Assembly (NCBI GenBank): GCA_965226375.1
Contig: CBDDCX010000008.1
Coordinates: forward strand, 1,728,001-1,792,000
Reading direction: 5' to 3'
Length of the DNA stretch: 64,000 bases
DNA from: Longimicrobiales bacterium
GTDB taxonomy: Bacteria; Gemmatimonadota; Gemmatimonadetes; Longimicrobiales; Gaopeijiaceae
The notes beneath the pieces are model-generated. The model searched no databases. It had not been told where the DNA came from and saw only the letters and a program-made list of their open reading frames with translations. Below, one piece after another: positions 63,166 through 64,000 of this stretch (its first letter is position 1; each line of letters starts with the position of its first letter). The position numbers and the translations under genes are program-made.

Positions 63166-63280
63166 ATGGCTCCGGACCGGGACCCGACCGATGGCCGGGT
63201 GGCGACGTTCGCCCTCTTCGGGATGATGAACTGGATCTATACCTGGTATCGGCCCGAGAAGGACGTTTCGGTGGATCCGG
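63166..63280 (+). pseudogene. Remnant of a TetR family regulator C-terminal domain
   Basis: Translation RVATFALFGMMNWIYTWYRPEKD resembles TetR (KstR2-like) C-termini; no HTH upstream; cut by the IS3 end. Confidence 0.6.
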
Positions 63281-64000
63281 AACCTGTCAACGACAATGGG
63301 ACACTCTACGGGATTAATTAGAGAGCAATGTCCTGTGTGGTGAGGGAAGGGATGGGAGGATTGATGAAGACGGCCTCCGGGAGCGGTTTGGGCTTCGGCA
63401 CACCTCTGACGAAGCGTTCGGGATGAGCGGCCCATGCTTCGCGGAGCACGGATTTCCTGCCGGCAATGACCTGATCGGCGTTCCCGAAGTGGACCTGCTC
63501 GGGGGTTAGCATCGAGATGCCGCCATGGCGGTGCTCGGCATTGTACCAGCGGAAGAACGATCGACAGAACGTCTTGGCTTGGCCCTGATCCCCGAACCGT
63601 CCGGGAAACGAGGGATGGTACTTCAAGGTTTTGAACTGAGCCTCGGAAAACGGGTTGTCATCCGACACCTGAGGCCGGCTCAACGAGCGGGTCACGCCGA
63701 GGTCAGCGAGAAGTTGAGCGGTGCATTGGCTCGTCATTGGAGCTCCCCGATCCGAGTGCAGGGTCAGGACCCGGGGCTGGACGCCATGCTTCAGGCAGCT
63801 CTGCTGGATCAACCGGCCGGCCAGGGCCGAGTTCTCCCGGTCCGCCACCATCCAGCCCACGACGTAGCGGCTGTAGATGTCCATGATGACGTAGAGGTAG
63901 TAATAGCTCCACTTCTTCGGCCCGAGCAGCCGCGTGATATCCCAGGACCACACCTGGTTCGGCGCCGTGGCCATCAACTCGGGCTTCTTGTACTCGGGAT
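63278..64000 (-). mobile_element. IS3 family element, right end (continues beyond the window)
   Basis: Terminal sequence CGGAACCTGTCAACGACAATGGGACA just past the transposase stop; exact end is 63278-63285. Confidence 0.8.
63318..64000 (-). CDS. IS3 family transposase OrfB (DDE domain), partial
   Basis: APNQVWSWDIT, DIYSRYVVGW, HSDRG, DNPFSEAQFKTLKY, WYNAEHRH motifs. Confidence 0.93.
   Translation of the reverse strand, partial: PEYKKPELMATAPNQVWSWDITRLLGPKKWSYYYLYVIMDIYSRYVVGWMVADRENSALAGRLIQQSCLKHGVQPRVLTLHSDRGAPMTSQCTAQLLADLGVTRSLSRPQVSDDNPFSEAQFKTLKYHPSFPGRFGDQGQAKTFCRSFFRWYNAEHRHGGISMLTPEQVHFGNADQVIAGRKSVLREAWAAHPERFVRGVPKPKPLPEAVFINPPIPSLTTQDIAL

Overview
High-GC bacterial chromosomal window; gene content and order suggest Gemmatimonadota, but that is an inference. 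Bases 1-44.4 kb are mostly core genes: an acyl-CoA mutase/carboxyltransferase/AtuA cluster, mgtE-ybeY-HDIG-phoH-aspS, rlmN, lepB, NFACT, a trp operon split by lexA and carrying an embedded HEAT-repeat + HD-GYP gene pair, then truA-tal-htrA-purB-purC-psd-pssA-purSQLF-add. Bases 44.4-53.9 kb are an accessory hotspot: a frameshifted ~1000-aa surface lipoprotein, a class IIC group II intron sitting directly after a terminator and interrupted by an IS256, three copies of the intron 5' junction, and a degenerate IS3. Part of this stretch (~50.9-53.1 kb) shows interleaved sequence typical of a chimeric assembly consensus. The rest holds an APC permease (frameshifted), acnA, nfeD-floA-hyp, a TetR remnant and the end of an IS3. 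Most interesting leads: (1) the HEAT/HD-GYP pair, with a shared N-terminal domain and an RxxQ signature suggesting a 3',3'-cGAMP phosphodiesterase module; (2) a direct-repeat LexA box candidate; (3) a family of TAGTG...CACTA inverted-repeat mini-elements; (4) an isobutyryl-CoA-mutase-type active site; (5) a repeat-encoded 31-aa bridging mini-ORF.
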